Shown here one piece after another: positions 9,093 through 19,052 of a stretch of DNA of 64,000 nt; within the stretch, counting starts at the first letter, position 1, and each line of letters begins with the position of its first letter. Source of the stretch: an uncultured Clostridia bacterium (GTDB taxonomy: Bacteria > Bacillota > Clostridia > TANB77 > CAG-508); NCBI GenBank assembly GCA_934162255.1, contig CAKPIG010000005.1, forward strand, positions 18,480 through 82,479, given 5' to 3'. The notes beneath the pieces are model-generated. The model was given only the letters and a program-made list of their open reading frames with translations, was not told the origin of the DNA and ran no database searches. Both the position numbers and the translations under genes were made by a program.

Positions 9093-9240
9093 TTTTTCCC
9101 CTTTTTTATCTTTTAGTTCCATAATATCATATTTTTATTTTGTTTGCATCTATTTTTAAATATTTATTATAAAACAGTTCGTTTTATTTTATAATTCCTT
9201 TTAGTTTTTATAGAAAGGATTTAAAAACGGAAACAGGTTT

Positions 9241-9286
9241 AAAAAATAAAAAAAACATTACTAATTTTGAAACTAGTAATGTTTTT
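9241..9286 (-). terminator. Terminator downstream of tRNA-Arg
   Basis: Stem ACATTACTA / TAGTAATGT (9255..9263 and 9274..9282), flanked by long A and T runs. Confidence 0.65.
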
Positions 9287-9314
9287 TATTATACATGTTC
9301 GTATAATAATGTTG

Positions 9315-9391
<77 letters not shown>

Positions 9392-9454
9392 ATTTATCAA
9401 CAACAATTATGATATCACATTTATATGATAAAGTCAACCTTTTTTTTATATTTT

Positions 9455-10312
9455 TTAGTTGTTCTTGATTTTTTCCTTTTCTTCCACATCACTTTCAAGC
9501 AATTCTGGCTTTTTTAAATACTTTGTTAATTGTTTGAATGATGTAGCATAATAGTAACCATCACAGATTCTTTCATCTCCTACGAATGCTATTGTTATAC
9601 ATTTTTCCTCTCTTATCTCATCATCCTCATATATGAAACTTTTTTTCTTTTTTCCCATTGAAAAGAACATACTAGTTGTTCCAAAATTGTATATATGATG
9701 GTATATACTATCTATTCCAAGAGACCCTACATTTGTTAAAAATACACTTGTGTGGAATGGACTTAAGTTTATTATAAATTTAGGCATTAGTCCATATTTA
9801 TCTAATAATTTTAATAATCTTACAGTCCACAATATTAATGTATTTGGAACTAAATTAAAGAATTTTATTGCCTTATCTGTATTGTTTACTGTTGCTGTGT
9901 CTTTATTTTTTTCTATTGTTTTTTCTAGTTTATCTTTTATTTCAAAAATATTTTCTGTTCCATCATATCCTATTTTTGTAACAGTCTCTTGACCTTCATC
10001 ACTTAATGATTTTTTTATTGCAAGTGACACATATATTTTGTTTCTCTCATATAATGTACCATTCATTACAAACCAATTTAAATGAGGTCTCTCATGTATT
10101 ATTCTTACTATGGCGGCATAAATTATATTCATATATGATATTTTTATTCCTTCTGCCGCTTTTTTATCTATGTATTCATCCATTTTTTTGATTGGTATAT
10201 CTTGTTTAAAATATACCTGTGAATCATTTCTTTGCATCATTATAAATGGTATTACTCTAAATATTGGTGCTACATTTTTTACCTTTTTTCCATCTGATCT
10301 ATGTCCAAACAT
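9455..10312 (-). CDS. Stand-alone protein resembling the 2-oxoacid dehydrogenase acyltransferase (E2) catalytic domain
   Basis: 285 aa. The C-terminal ITIAFVGDERICDGYYYATSF aligns with the E2/CAT DHRxxDG motif but has Glu in place of the catalytic His. Confidence 0.55.
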   Translation of the reverse strand: MFGHRSDGKKVKNVAPIFRVIPFIMMQRNDSQVYFKQDIPIKKMDEYIDKKAAEGIKISYMNIIYAAIVRIIHERPHLNWFVMNGTLYERNKIYVSLAIKKSLSDEGQETVTKIGYDGTENIFEIKDKLEKTIEKNKDTATVNNTDKAIKFFNLVPNTLILWTVRLLKLLDKYGLMPKFIINLSPFHTSVFLTNVGSLGIDSIYHHIYNFGTTSMFFSMGKKKKSFIYEDDEIREEKCITIAFVGDERICDGYYYATSFKQLTKYLKKPELLESDVEEKEKIKNN

Positions 10313-10381
10313 TATTTTCTCCTCTTTTTTCTTTTAATCGTGAAAAGACCTCTCGCTATTTCGAAAGGCCTTTCTCTTTTA

Positions 10382-11323
10382 TTATAATCCTAATAATTTT
10401 ACTTCAACATTATACATTTTATATTTCTTAGAAGCCTCATCTATCTTAAATTCTATTAGTGTGTTTTCTAGTGTATCACTATTTTGTCTTAAATCTGTAG
10501 TAAAGTATAATTTTATTTGTGGTATTTCAAGTTTATTCTTAACTATTTCTTTGAATGTTTCTGCTGTATGTTTGTCATCTTCACATACAAAAATCAATTG
10601 TGGCATTGTTCCAAAACCAGAATCTCCTGGTTCAAAGTTTTCATAAAATTCTTTATATAGTGTCATTTTATCTACTAACTTTTTCTTCCAATCTGTTTCT
10701 CTTCTTATTACTTCAAACAAGAATGTTATTGATTTACCATTTTTAGCAAGTTTTATTGATCCTCCTGTTGCTTTAAATGTCTTTCCTGATACTTTTGTAT
10801 TTATGGCTGGTTTTACTACATATCCATCTACTGCTTTTACTTTTCTTAAATATGCTATTATTGTTTGATTTCCTGCTAATCTCTTTTTTATCATTGGAAC
10901 TGGCTTTACATTATCTGTTTGTTGCCATTTGCATTCAATTTCTTTTGATGTTAACAAGTATTTTCCCATCTTTTCCAAGCAATAAATTCTATATATTCCC
11001 TTTCCTTCTTCTGAAGTGAAATAATATCTTGTTAATATTTTTGATTTCACTAATTGTTCTAGTTTATTATTTAATTTATCTTGTGATTTTGGATCTATTC
11101 CCTTATATTCTAGCATTTGATATAATTGTCTTGATGTTATAAATTCAAATTCATTTACTAGTTCTAATATTGCAAAATGAATATCTGTAATATGACCTAT
11201 ATTGATTTTATGTATTATTTGATTCATTGATACATATCCGTCTTTTCCGTCAAATGTTTTTATTTCACCCTCTCTTATTGCAAATGGTGATACTGTTGCT
11301 TTGATTTGGTTATCTTCAACCAT
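10382..11323 (-). CDS. Hypothetical winged-helix protein, possibly replication-relaxation family
   Basis: 313 aa. The N-terminal segment ILELVNEFEFITSRQLYQML...KLEQLVKSKILTRY...IYCLEKMGKYLL resembles the wHTH of Replic_Relax proteins. This is a by-eye call only. Confidence 0.35.
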   Translation of the reverse strand: MVEDNQIKATVSPFAIREGEIKTFDGKDGYVSMNQIIHKINIGHITDIHFAILELVNEFEFITSRQLYQMLEYKGIDPKSQDKLNNKLEQLVKSKILTRYYFTSEEGKGIYRIYCLEKMGKYLLTSKEIECKWQQTDNVKPVPMIKKRLAGNQTIIAYLRKVKAVDGYVVKPAINTKVSGKTFKATGGSIKLAKNGKSITFLFEVIRRETDWKKKLVDKMTLYKEFYENFEPGDSGFGTMPQLIFVCEDDKHTAETFKEIVKNKLEIPQIKLYFTTDLRQNSDTLENTLIEFKIDEASKKYKMYNVEVKLLGL

Positions 11324-11346
11324 TTCAATCCCTCCTTATAATTTAC

Positions 11347-11802
11347 TTAAACTATAACTAATTTTACTTTTTTCTTCTCTGGTATTATTTTTTTTATGCA
11401 AACATCTACAGTTTCTCCATATTGTAGTTTTTCTGAATATTCTGTCATTCCTACTAAATTAGGTGTTAGTTCTATAAATACTCCATTTTTATTTTTTTCT
11501 TTGTCTCTTACAATTCCTTTAACTGTCATTCCCTCTTTAAAGTTTTGAGCATTTTCTTCCCAACTACCTAAACAGTCCTTATATGACAAATTTATTTTTC
11601 CTGTTTTTTCATCTATAGATTTTACCATACATTTTACTTTTTGTCCAATATTTACCCTTTCGTCTGGTGATTTTATTCGAACTACTGATAAATCTTCTAT
11701 AAACGCAAGACCTACTGGTCCATCTTTAATTTCAATAAATGCACCATATGGTCTTATTCCTTTGACTATGCCTTCTACAATTTGACCTTGCTTAACATCC
11801 AT
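11347..11802 (-). CDS. S1 RNA-binding domain protein
   Basis: 151 aa. GQIVEGIVKGIRPYGAFIEI...KVKCMVKSID is a canonical S1 fold signature, and a second OB-like half follows. Confidence 0.75.
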   Translation of the reverse strand: MDVKQGQIVEGIVKGIRPYGAFIEIKDGPVGLAFIEDLSVVRIKSPDERVNIGQKVKCMVKSIDEKTGKINLSYKDCLGSWEENAQNFKEGMTVKGIVRDKEKNKNGVFIELTPNLVGMTEYSEKLQYGETVDVCIKKIIPEKKKVKLVIV

Positions 11803-11879
11803 TTGTATTTTTCTCCTTTTTTTCTTTAGTTTATTATATTATATATTTTTTATTTTTCTTTTTCAATATTTTCCAGTAA

Positions 11880-12596
11880 TTATTTTAATATCTCTGCAAC
11901 TTCTTTTTTGGTTAAGTATCTCCATTTTCCTAATTCGACATTTTTCACTTCTATTTTTCCTATTTTGCTTCTGTGTAGTGCTATTACTTTTTTGCCAATT
12001 GCTTCACACATTTTTCTTACTTGTCTATTTTTTCCTTCATGTATTGTTATTTCCAATCTTGAAATGTTTTTTTCTTCATCTGTTTTTAAGATTTTTACTC
12101 TTGCTGGTTTTGTTATATAGTCTTCAATTTTTACACCATCTCTTAGTTTCTGAACCTCAGTTTTTTCAACAATTCCTTTTATTGTTACTGTATATGTTTT
12201 TTCTATTTCATGTTTTGGATGTGTTACTTTATACACAAAGTCTCCATCATTAGTAAGAATTAATGCTCCTGATGTATACATGTCTAACCTTCCTACAGGA
12301 ACTATTCTTTGTTTTACTTTTACTAAATCTAATACTGTGTCTCTTTTAAATTGATCATCTACTGTTGTAACATATCCTATTGGTTTATTTAGCAATATAT
12401 ATACTTTTTCATTTGATGGTTTTACAATTTTTCCATTATATTTTACAATGTCTACTTCTGGTACAATTTTTGTTCCCACTTCTGTTACTGTTTTTTCATT
12501 TACTTTTATCTTTCCTTCTGCAATTAATTCTTCACATTTTCGTCTTGAAGCAACTCCACAATTTGCCAAATATTTTTGTAGTCTTATTTCTTCCAT
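11880..12596 (-). CDS. rluB: Pseudouridine synthase, RsuA/RluB family
   Basis: S4 domain (RLQKYLANCGVASRR) plus the catalytic GRLDMYTSGALILTNDG. Confidence 0.85.
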   Translation of the reverse strand: MEEIRLQKYLANCGVASRRKCEELIAEGKIKVNEKTVTEVGTKIVPEVDIVKYNGKIVKPSNEKVYILLNKPIGYVTTVDDQFKRDTVLDLVKVKQRIVPVGRLDMYTSGALILTNDGDFVYKVTHPKHEIEKTYTVTIKGIVEKTEVQKLRDGVKIEDYITKPARVKILKTDEEKNISRLEITIHEGKNRQVRKMCEAIGKKVIALHRSKIGKIEVKNVELGKWRYLTKKEVAEILK

Positions 12597-12717
12597 AAAT
12601 TTTCCCTTCTTTTTGTGTTATATTAATTAATGTTTTGCATATTATATATTAATTCCTTTTATTTTTTAAAAGGCTTTATATAGATTCTCCGGCAGGGTTC
12701 TCTTGCCGGATTTTTTC

Positions 12718-13620
12718 TTAGAATATTTCTTTTATTACATCTTCAAAGTATTTTGGTAGTGGTGCTTCTAGTTTCATTTTTTTCCCTGTTATTGGGTGTT
12801 TGAATTCTAAAATTTGTGCGTGAAGACATTGTCCTTCTATTCCAAATTCATTTTTTCCGTTTGAATATACACTATCTCCTATTATCGGATATCCTATTTG
12901 TGCTAAATGTACACGGATTTGATGCGTTCTTCCTGTTTCTATATTTACTTGTAGCAATGTATATTTGCTGTTTCTTTTTAGGACTTTTATATGTGTTATC
13001 GCATTTTTTCCATTCTTTGTTACTGCCATTTTCTTTCTATCTGTAGTACTTCTTCCTATTGGCATATTTATTGTTGCTTCATTTTCTTTAACTTGTCCTC
13101 TTACTAATGCAATATATGTTTTCTTAATTTCATGATTTTTTAATTGATTACTTAAGTTAACATGTGCTTCATCATTTTTAGCTACTATTAGTAGACCAGA
13201 TGTATCTTTATCAATTCTATGTACTATTCCAGGCCTTATTTCTCCACCTATGCCTGATAATGAATCTTTGCATATTGCCATTATTGCATTTACAAGTGTT
13301 CCATCTGGATTGCCATTCGCAGGATGCACTACCATTCCTTTTGGCTTGTTTACTACTATTATATCTTTGTCTTCATATATTATTTCTATAGGAATATTTT
13401 GTGCTTTTAGCTCAATTTCTTTAGGCTTAACTTCTTTAACGGTTACTTTATCTCCTTCTGCTATTTTATATGAAACTTTTTGTTTTTTTCCATTTACAAG
13501 TATATGTTCTTCTTCAATTAATCTTTGTGCTGCAGTTCTAGTTATTTTTTCATTTTGAGTCGCTACATATGCGTCTAATCTTTTTCCTTCATCCTCGCTT
13601 TTTACTATATATTCTTCCAT
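12718..13620 (-). CDS. rluD: Pseudouridine synthase, RluA/RluD family
   Basis: 300 aa with an N-terminal S4-like domain and the catalytic HRIDKDTSGLLIVAKN. Confidence 0.85.
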   Translation of the reverse strand: MEEYIVKSEDEGKRLDAYVATQNEKITRTAAQRLIEEEHILVNGKKQKVSYKIAEGDKVTVKEVKPKEIELKAQNIPIEIIYEDKDIIVVNKPKGMVVHPANGNPDGTLVNAIMAICKDSLSGIGGEIRPGIVHRIDKDTSGLLIVAKNDEAHVNLSNQLKNHEIKKTYIALVRGQVKENEATINMPIGRSTTDRKKMAVTKNGKNAITHIKVLKRNSKYTLLQVNIETGRTHQIRVHLAQIGYPIIGDSVYSNGKNEFGIEGQCLHAQILEFKHPITGKKMKLEAPLPKYFEDVIKEIF

Positions 13621-13630
13621 TTTTCTCCTT

Positions 13631-15157
13631 CTATTTTTCTATTTCATAAAAAACAAAATTAAGGTCTTCTGCTATTAGTTTATAATTTTCTAATCCTGTT
13701 TTTTCTATAATCATATTCATTTTTGAATTTTTATATAAGATTACATGTGTTATATCATATTTTTCAAATATATCTCCAAAGTAAACATCTAAGTTTGAAG
13801 ATTTTATAAAATCTGAAAATATGTCTTGTCCTTCATTATATTCTGGTGCATATAAATCACATCTTGAATCTATGAATACTGGTATTCCTTCAAATAATAA
13901 ATAGCTTCCATAATTATATTCATTATATATCCTTACATTTGTGAAATCATTGTTAAAATATGTTTTTATATATGTACTCATGTCTACTGGATATGCACTG
14001 TCATTTATATATGGTGATCTTATTATTGGTTTTATAAATATGAAGCTTAATATTAAAACAAATAATGTTATTATTGTTAAACCAAATGGTTTAGTAAATA
14101 TATTTATTAATTTTTCATCTATGTTTTCTTCATTATCTTCCATAAATTGATATATCAATTTATTTAATATTATAAATCCTACTAATACAAATATCGTTGT
14201 TTGTCTTTTTGAATAAAACATTAATAATGTTAGTCCTGCAAGCATAATCCAATCACTTACTTTTAGTTTTGTTTTTGTAAATATTAGTAGTGTAAGAAGT
14301 ACTATTGTTACACATATTACATCTGTGCTATTTATTAATACAAGTGGTTGGTGTTCGCTTATGCTCTGGGTTGTATTTCCTATCATTGTTTTGATTAAAT
14401 ATGTATATGGTGTTGTCCCTAATGGTGTTAAAAATCCTGCCAATATCGCTAATATCATAAATATTATTAATAATTTTACTCCTGGTCTTTTATAGATTAG
14501 TATTCTTTCTCCTTGTTTTACTTCTTTTCCATATTTATGTGCTGTTTTTTCTTCTATTACTGCTAAGAAATATTCAACTATATATGGCAAGTACAATACA
14601 AATGTAAATGGCCATACTGCAACATGTAGGTTTGCAACTAATATTGATATTATCAATAGTGCAATCCCATATTTTTTCTCTTTTGTATCACATAGTTTTT
14701 CTATGCAATAGACTTCTAATACAAAAAATATGAATGTCACTAATTGTGCTCTTGCAGCTATAAAACTTTTTAACATAATCATTGCCATTATTGTTATTAT
14801 GAATGATATCGATTGATTTTTGGCAAGTTTTGTGTTTACTTTATATATTGTAATTCCTAATATTACGGCAAGTACACATGTTGATGCATAAATTCCTGCC
14901 ATTCCACCTACTGAGTAAATTAAGTATATTAATACATCATATAACCAATGTGGATATGTATAACTTAAATTTTCATGCCATGAAAATGGATCTTTCATGT
15001 CTATTCCTTTGTTTTGTACTATGTGTTCTCCTATTTTGATTGTGTAAAATGTATCATTTTGTAACATTTTTGGTGATAGGCTTACGCAAAGTATTGCTAT
15101 TAGCGTTATTGCTAATATATCAAATATGATTTTTTTATTTATCTTTTTTTCCTTCAT
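13631..15157 (-). CDS. Polytopic membrane protein (GT-C-like glycosyltransferase possible)
   Basis: About 508 aa with many TM helices. I prefer the ATG at 15157, because the track TTG start at 15169 lies inside the GGAGG RBS. The family is not verifiable by eye. Confidence 0.6.
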   Translation of the reverse strand: MKEKKINKKIIFDILAITLIAILCVSLSPKMLQNDTFYTIKIGEHIVQNKGIDMKDPFSWHENLSYTYPHWLYDVLIYLIYSVGGMAGIYASTCVLAVILGITIYKVNTKLAKNQSISFIITIMAMIMLKSFIAARAQLVTFIFFVLEVYCIEKLCDTKEKKYGIALLIISILVANLHVAVWPFTFVLYLPYIVEYFLAVIEEKTAHKYGKEVKQGERILIYKRPGVKLLIIFMILAILAGFLTPLGTTPYTYLIKTMIGNTTQSISEHQPLVLINSTDVICVTIVLLTLLIFTKTKLKVSDWIMLAGLTLLMFYSKRQTTIFVLVGFIILNKLIYQFMEDNEENIDEKLINIFTKPFGLTIITLFVLILSFIFIKPIIRSPYINDSAYPVDMSTYIKTYFNNDFTNVRIYNEYNYGSYLLFEGIPVFIDSRCDLYAPEYNEGQDIFSDFIKSSNLDVYFGDIFEKYDITHVILYKNSKMNMIIEKTGLENYKLIAEDLNFVFYEIEK

Positions 15158-15220
15158 TTTGGCCTCCAATATTAATTTTTAATATTGAGTATTATATCAA
15201 AGATTTTTTTAAAGGTCAAA

Positions 15221-15255
15221 ATTTTTAAAAGAGCACTTCTTTTGAAATGCTCTTT
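15221..15255 (-). terminator. Terminator downstream of the SSB-like gene
   Basis: Stem AAGAGCA / TGCTCTT (15229..15235 and 15248..15254), followed on the minus strand by TTTTAAAAATTTT. Confidence 0.6.
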
Positions 15256-15270
15256 CTACTTTTATTTATA

Positions 15271-15972
15271 TTATACAGCTTCACTTTCTGTTGTTTCTTC
15301 TTTTTTGTCTGTTCCTTCTTCATTTAATAGTTCTAGACTGCATATTGAAACTTCATATGCAACTTTCATTTCAGATGTTCCATCTTCATATTTCTTTTCA
15401 TATTGTCTTGATTGAACTCTTCCTATTATTTTTACTTGAGCTCCAACTTCTAAGTTTTGGCAAAATCTTGCATTTCTTCCCCATGCTATTGTTGGAATAT
15501 AGTCTGATTTATTGTACGCTCTGTTTACTGCTAATAATAAATCTGCTATTTCTCTTCCAAATGGTGTTTGTCTGTAAATTGGTTTTTTACAAACAAATCC
15601 AATAAGTACAACTTCATTTGTTGTTTCATCTTTTTTTGCAATTTCGCTTTCTTCTTGCTCTTCTGATTCTTTAACTTCTTCAACATCTTTAGCGAATACT
15701 GTTAGAATTAACTTGTTTCTTTCATTTTCATAACTATTGTAAGATCTGAATTGACCTTTTATTAATAGTTTTTTACCTTCTTCTAACATTTCATCAGTTA
15801 TTATTCTTTCTGATATAGTTATTGGTATTATGTCTGCGTTTCCACTTAAACGTGGTATTGATAAATTAAAAATGTAAAATTTTTCTCCATAAATTTCATG
15901 GCTAAATTTTTTTTCGCCTGTAACTTTTCCTACTAATGTTAAGTAGTTGTTTTCTAAATAATTTGTATCCAA
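15271..15972 (-). CDS. Single-stranded DNA-binding protein-like, with two tandem OB folds
   Basis: 233 aa with a TTG start after GGAGGA. Both halves match the SSB pattern: LTLVGKV...LLIKGQFRSY and VVLIGFV...IAWGRNA...VKIIGRVQSRQYE. An acidic linker joins them. The acidic tail lacks a terminal PF. Confidence 0.7.
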   Translation of the reverse strand: MDTNYLENNYLTLVGKVTGEKKFSHEIYGEKFYIFNLSIPRLSGNADIIPITISERIITDEMLEEGKKLLIKGQFRSYNSYENERNKLILTVFAKDVEEVKESEEQEESEIAKKDETTNEVVLIGFVCKKPIYRQTPFGREIADLLLAVNRAYNKSDYIPTIAWGRNARFCQNLEVGAQVKIIGRVQSRQYEKKYEDGTSEMKVAYEVSICSLELLNEEGTDKKEETTESEAV

Positions 15973-16131
15973 TTTTATTTCCTCCCTATCTTTTTTTATT
16001 TATCAATTGTAAATTACCTTCTTGCTTTTCTCTTTTTAAAATTTTCTACATTTCTTATTATACAACATTTTTTTGGTTTTGTCTACATAAAAAGTTATTT
16101 TTTTCTAATTTTTCCTCATTTTATTGCCTTT

Positions 16132-16623
16132 TTATAAATTATGGAGTTGTTTTATTATGAAAACCACCAAATTCGTGTAAACTTTTTTGTCTTTTTTTTG
16201 ACTTATATCTATTTCTTTTTCTTGTATTTCTATCTTTTTATTATTCGCACTTATTAGCTCTCTTTGTATACTTACTATTATTTTTTCTTCTTTTATACTT
16301 GATATTGTTATTGTTGATTTTGGATTAAATCCATATGTTATTAGCTTGATTGGTATGTTTATGCTAATTTTACTCAATATTTCTATTCTAATATCTGCAT
16401 TTATTATTAAGTAATTTACTCTATTTATCAACTCTTCAAAATATTTATATTCTTGCTGGTCAATTTCTATGTCTTCCATAAATATGATTTCATTAAATTT
16501 GATGTTTTTTAAATTTTTTATGCTTTCTTTATTTAATTGTATTATTTTTGATTCTATATTATTGGTTTCATTTTTTATCAGCTGTATACTTTTCTTTTTT
16601 CCAATTATACCAATTAGTGACAT
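16132..16623 (-). CDS. Hypothetical protein
   Basis: 163 aa with ATG after AAGGAG. I recognise no family. Confidence 0.5.
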   Translation of the reverse strand: MSLIGIIGKKKSIQLIKNETNNIESKIIQLNKESIKNLKNIKFNEIIFMEDIEIDQQEYKYFEELINRVNYLIINADIRIEILSKISINIPIKLITYGFNPKSTITISSIKEEKIIVSIQRELISANNKKIEIQEKEIDISQKKDKKVYTNLVVFIIKQLHNL

Positions 16624-16772
16624 GGCATCTCCTTACATAAATATATTGTAAGTGTTTCCTATTTGTTGTTATTTATGCAAGTCTTTTTATATAAATTTGT
16701 ACATATATTCTATTAGGTATAATGGTATATTTAATATTTTGCCGTCTTGATTTAAATTATTTAACTAGTTTT

Positions 16773-17549
16773 TCACACTTTTGTAAGGATTTTTGTTTTT
16801 TGAGTTCCATTATTATCTATATTATAGTTATCTTTATATATTAATTCTGAAACAGTTACAAGATCATAACCTTGTGCTTTTATATTTTTTATTAACATAT
16901 CTAAGCTTTCTGCTGTATGCTTTGTTCCATTATGGCTTAATATTATTGAACCTTTTTCTAATTTATTTTTTAACCTTTTCCACATTTCTTCTCCTGTTAG
17001 GCCTTCATAATCTAATGTATCTAAGTTCCATTGAATACAATAATATCCATTATCTTGTGCTGTTTTTATTACAGTGTTGTTATATTCTCCATATGGTGCT
17101 CTATATAATTTTGTTTTTTCTCCTGTTATTTTTTCGATTTTGCTTACACTTAGATTAATTTCTTCTAAATTTTTTTCTGCACTTAATTTATTTACATGTG
17201 GATGTGTGTTACTATGTGATGCTATTTCATGCCCAGCATCATGTATCTTTTTTACTGCCTCTGGATATTTATCAACCCATTCTCCTACAACAAAAAATGT
17301 TATATGTACATCATTATTTTTTAATGTTTCTAATATGCTGTCTATGTCGTTTGCATTCCATGCACAATTCATTGTAAATGCAACTTTGTTTTCTTCTGTT
17401 TGCACATTATATATTGGCAAATATCTTATATTTGCCGATGTTTCAATTACACTTAAATTATTTATATTTGCTATAACTATTAATGTTACAACTGTTAATA
17501 TTGATACAATATATGTTTGTATCTTTTCTTTGCTGAATATAAAAAACAT
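16773..17549 (-). CDS. Polysaccharide deacetylase (NodB homology domain) with N-terminal membrane anchor
   Basis: HITFFVVGEW and HEIASHSNTHPH motifs. GGAGG RBS. Confidence 0.85.
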   Translation of the reverse strand: MFFIFSKEKIQTYIVSILTVVTLIVIANINNLSVIETSANIRYLPIYNVQTEENKVAFTMNCAWNANDIDSILETLKNNDVHITFFVVGEWVDKYPEAVKKIHDAGHEIASHSNTHPHVNKLSAEKNLEEINLSVSKIEKITGEKTKLYRAPYGEYNNTVIKTAQDNGYYCIQWNLDTLDYEGLTGEEMWKRLKNKLEKGSIILSHNGTKHTAESLDMLIKNIKAQGYDLVTVSELIYKDNYNIDNNGTQKTKILTKV

Positions 17550-17706
17550 AAATCATAACCTCCATGTTAAGCCATAAAACTATTTATATTTAATTTTATG
17601 TTTTATTTTGAAGATTATGATTTTATTTTTTTATAAATTTTTTGCTCATTTTAGCAAAAAATTTTTGGCCATCAGTACTTTTTTCTAATTTTTTTACATT
17701 TAAATA

Positions 17707-18105
17707 TTATTGTTTGATATTTAATATCTCATCCTTTTTATTTTTCAACCAATTGATTTCTCTATTAAAGTCTTCATCACTCCAATTGCAAAATGTATAA
17801 TTTGTATCTTTATTTTTCCTGATTTGTTCCATTTCCTCAATTGTAATATATTTTACGTCTGCAACCTCTTCTTTTTGTAATATATATTCATTTATTTTAT
17901 AATTTACCACAAAAATAAAATTATATGAAAAACGTTTATTAGTATCATTACACTTATGAATATCTATTGTTCTAATTTGTTCTTTAGGAATTTCTATTCC
18001 TAATTCTTCTTTTACTTCTCTTGATATTGCATTTTCCACAGTTTCACCACTATCAACTTGTCCTGTTAATTGGTTATTTTCATCAACAACATCTACTAAT
18101 TCCAT
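17707..18105 (-). CDS. NUDIX-like protein with an apparent in-frame internal deletion
   Basis: Nudix box GETVENAISREVKEELGI. I prefer the ATG at 18105 (MELVDVVDEN) after GGAGGGG. Only about 20 residues precede the Nudix box, where relatives that start the same way have about 70. Confidence 0.6.
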   Translation of the reverse strand: MELVDVVDENNQLTGQVDSGETVENAISREVKEELGIEIPKEQIRTIDIHKCNDTNKRFSYNFIFVVNYKINEYILQKEEVADVKYITIEEMEQIRKNKDTNYTFCNWSDEDFNREINWLKNKKDEILNIKQ

Positions 18106-18124
18106 TATACCCCTCCGTCTAATC

Positions 18125-18892
18125 TTATATTTTCTCCATATACTCATTTGATATTTTCAAAATCTCATCAACCTGTTTTTTTATTATTTCACTTGAAAAA
18201 TGCTCTTTTACTCTTTGAGCAAATTGTTCTAAATATTTTCTATTTTTTAGATATTCCAATGAAAAATCAAAATTCAAATCATATATATATGCATAAAATG
18301 TTGCTATTTGGTCTGCATTATTTTCAACATCTTTATAATTTATAACATGATCATAAATAAATTGATTCATTATTTTTGAACTTATCTCTTTGCATTCAAA
18401 ATCTTTATACCAAAATATGCTTTCAAAATCATATTTACAAATCGTATAATATATATCAAGTTTATCTGCATCTCTAATTAGTTTTACAAAAAATAATTCT
18501 TCATCAGTTAAGTTATCATCTATTTTATATTTGTTATGATTTAAGATTGCTTTTTTTATTATTTCATAATATTTTTGTTCTACTTTAAATTTTTCTATTA
18601 ATCCGTCTTCAAACAAGACTTTTACACTCAATTCAGCATGATTTATTGAATTTTTATCACTAAATGTATTATAAATTTCGGCTTGTTTGAATCTTCCTAT
18701 ATCATGACAATATCCTATTGTTTCGGCAAGTTTTATTTGTTCTTCATTTAGATTTAGTTTTTCGGCTAGTATTTTGCTCATTTCAGCAACTCTTTCTATA
18801 TGTTCAATTTTTAATTTTATTCTGCCTTCCTCTGGATTGAATTGCTTTATGTATTTTTCAAATTCATTTTTTACGTTTTCTATCTCTATCAT
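18125..18892 (-). CDS. HD-domain phosphohydrolase
   Basis: 255 aa with the HD signature IGYCHDIGRF and a later DADKLD. AGGAG RBS. Confidence 0.75.
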   Translation of the reverse strand: MIEIENVKNEFEKYIKQFNPEEGRIKLKIEHIERVAEMSKILAEKLNLNEEQIKLAETIGYCHDIGRFKQAEIYNTFSDKNSINHAELSVKVLFEDGLIEKFKVEQKYYEIIKKAILNHNKYKIDDNLTDEELFFVKLIRDADKLDIYYTICKYDFESIFWYKDFECKEISSKIMNQFIYDHVINYKDVENNADQIATFYAYIYDLNFDFSLEYLKNRKYLEQFAQRVKEHFSSEIIKKQVDEILKISNEYMEKI

Positions 18893-19052
18893 TTTGAACT
18901 CCTTTCAATTTTTACCATTATACTTTTTTCTTTGCCTCTAGTAAATACTTTTCTGAATTTTCATTTAATAATTCAGCTCTATTTGGATAGACTATGTTTG
19001 CGAATTTTATTGCTATACTTCATTTAAGAATATTTTCAATGGGGTGATATAT

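Noticed and set aside
10313-10381. An imperfect GC-containing hairpin (GAAAGGCCTTTC ... GAGAGGTCTTTTC) between the wHTH ORF and the E2-like ORF, as a possible terminator or attenuator.
   Set aside because: The stem needs several wobble pairs and mismatches, and no U-run follows on the coding strand.
12688-12716. A GC-rich hairpin TCCGGCA...TGCCGGA followed by T6 on the plus strand, immediately after the stop of the minus-strand rluD-type gene.
   Set aside because: The T-run is on the wrong side for terminating the minus-strand gene, and no plus-strand gene lies upstream. It may act as a weak bidirectional or RNA-stabilising hairpin, but I cannot support a specific call.
16132-16623. A faint resemblance of the 163-aa ORF (LITYGFNPKSTITISSI...) to a fragment of a Mur-ligase central domain.
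   Set aside because: The resemblance is limited to one short segment. There is no P-loop or other ligase motif, so it is too weak to call.
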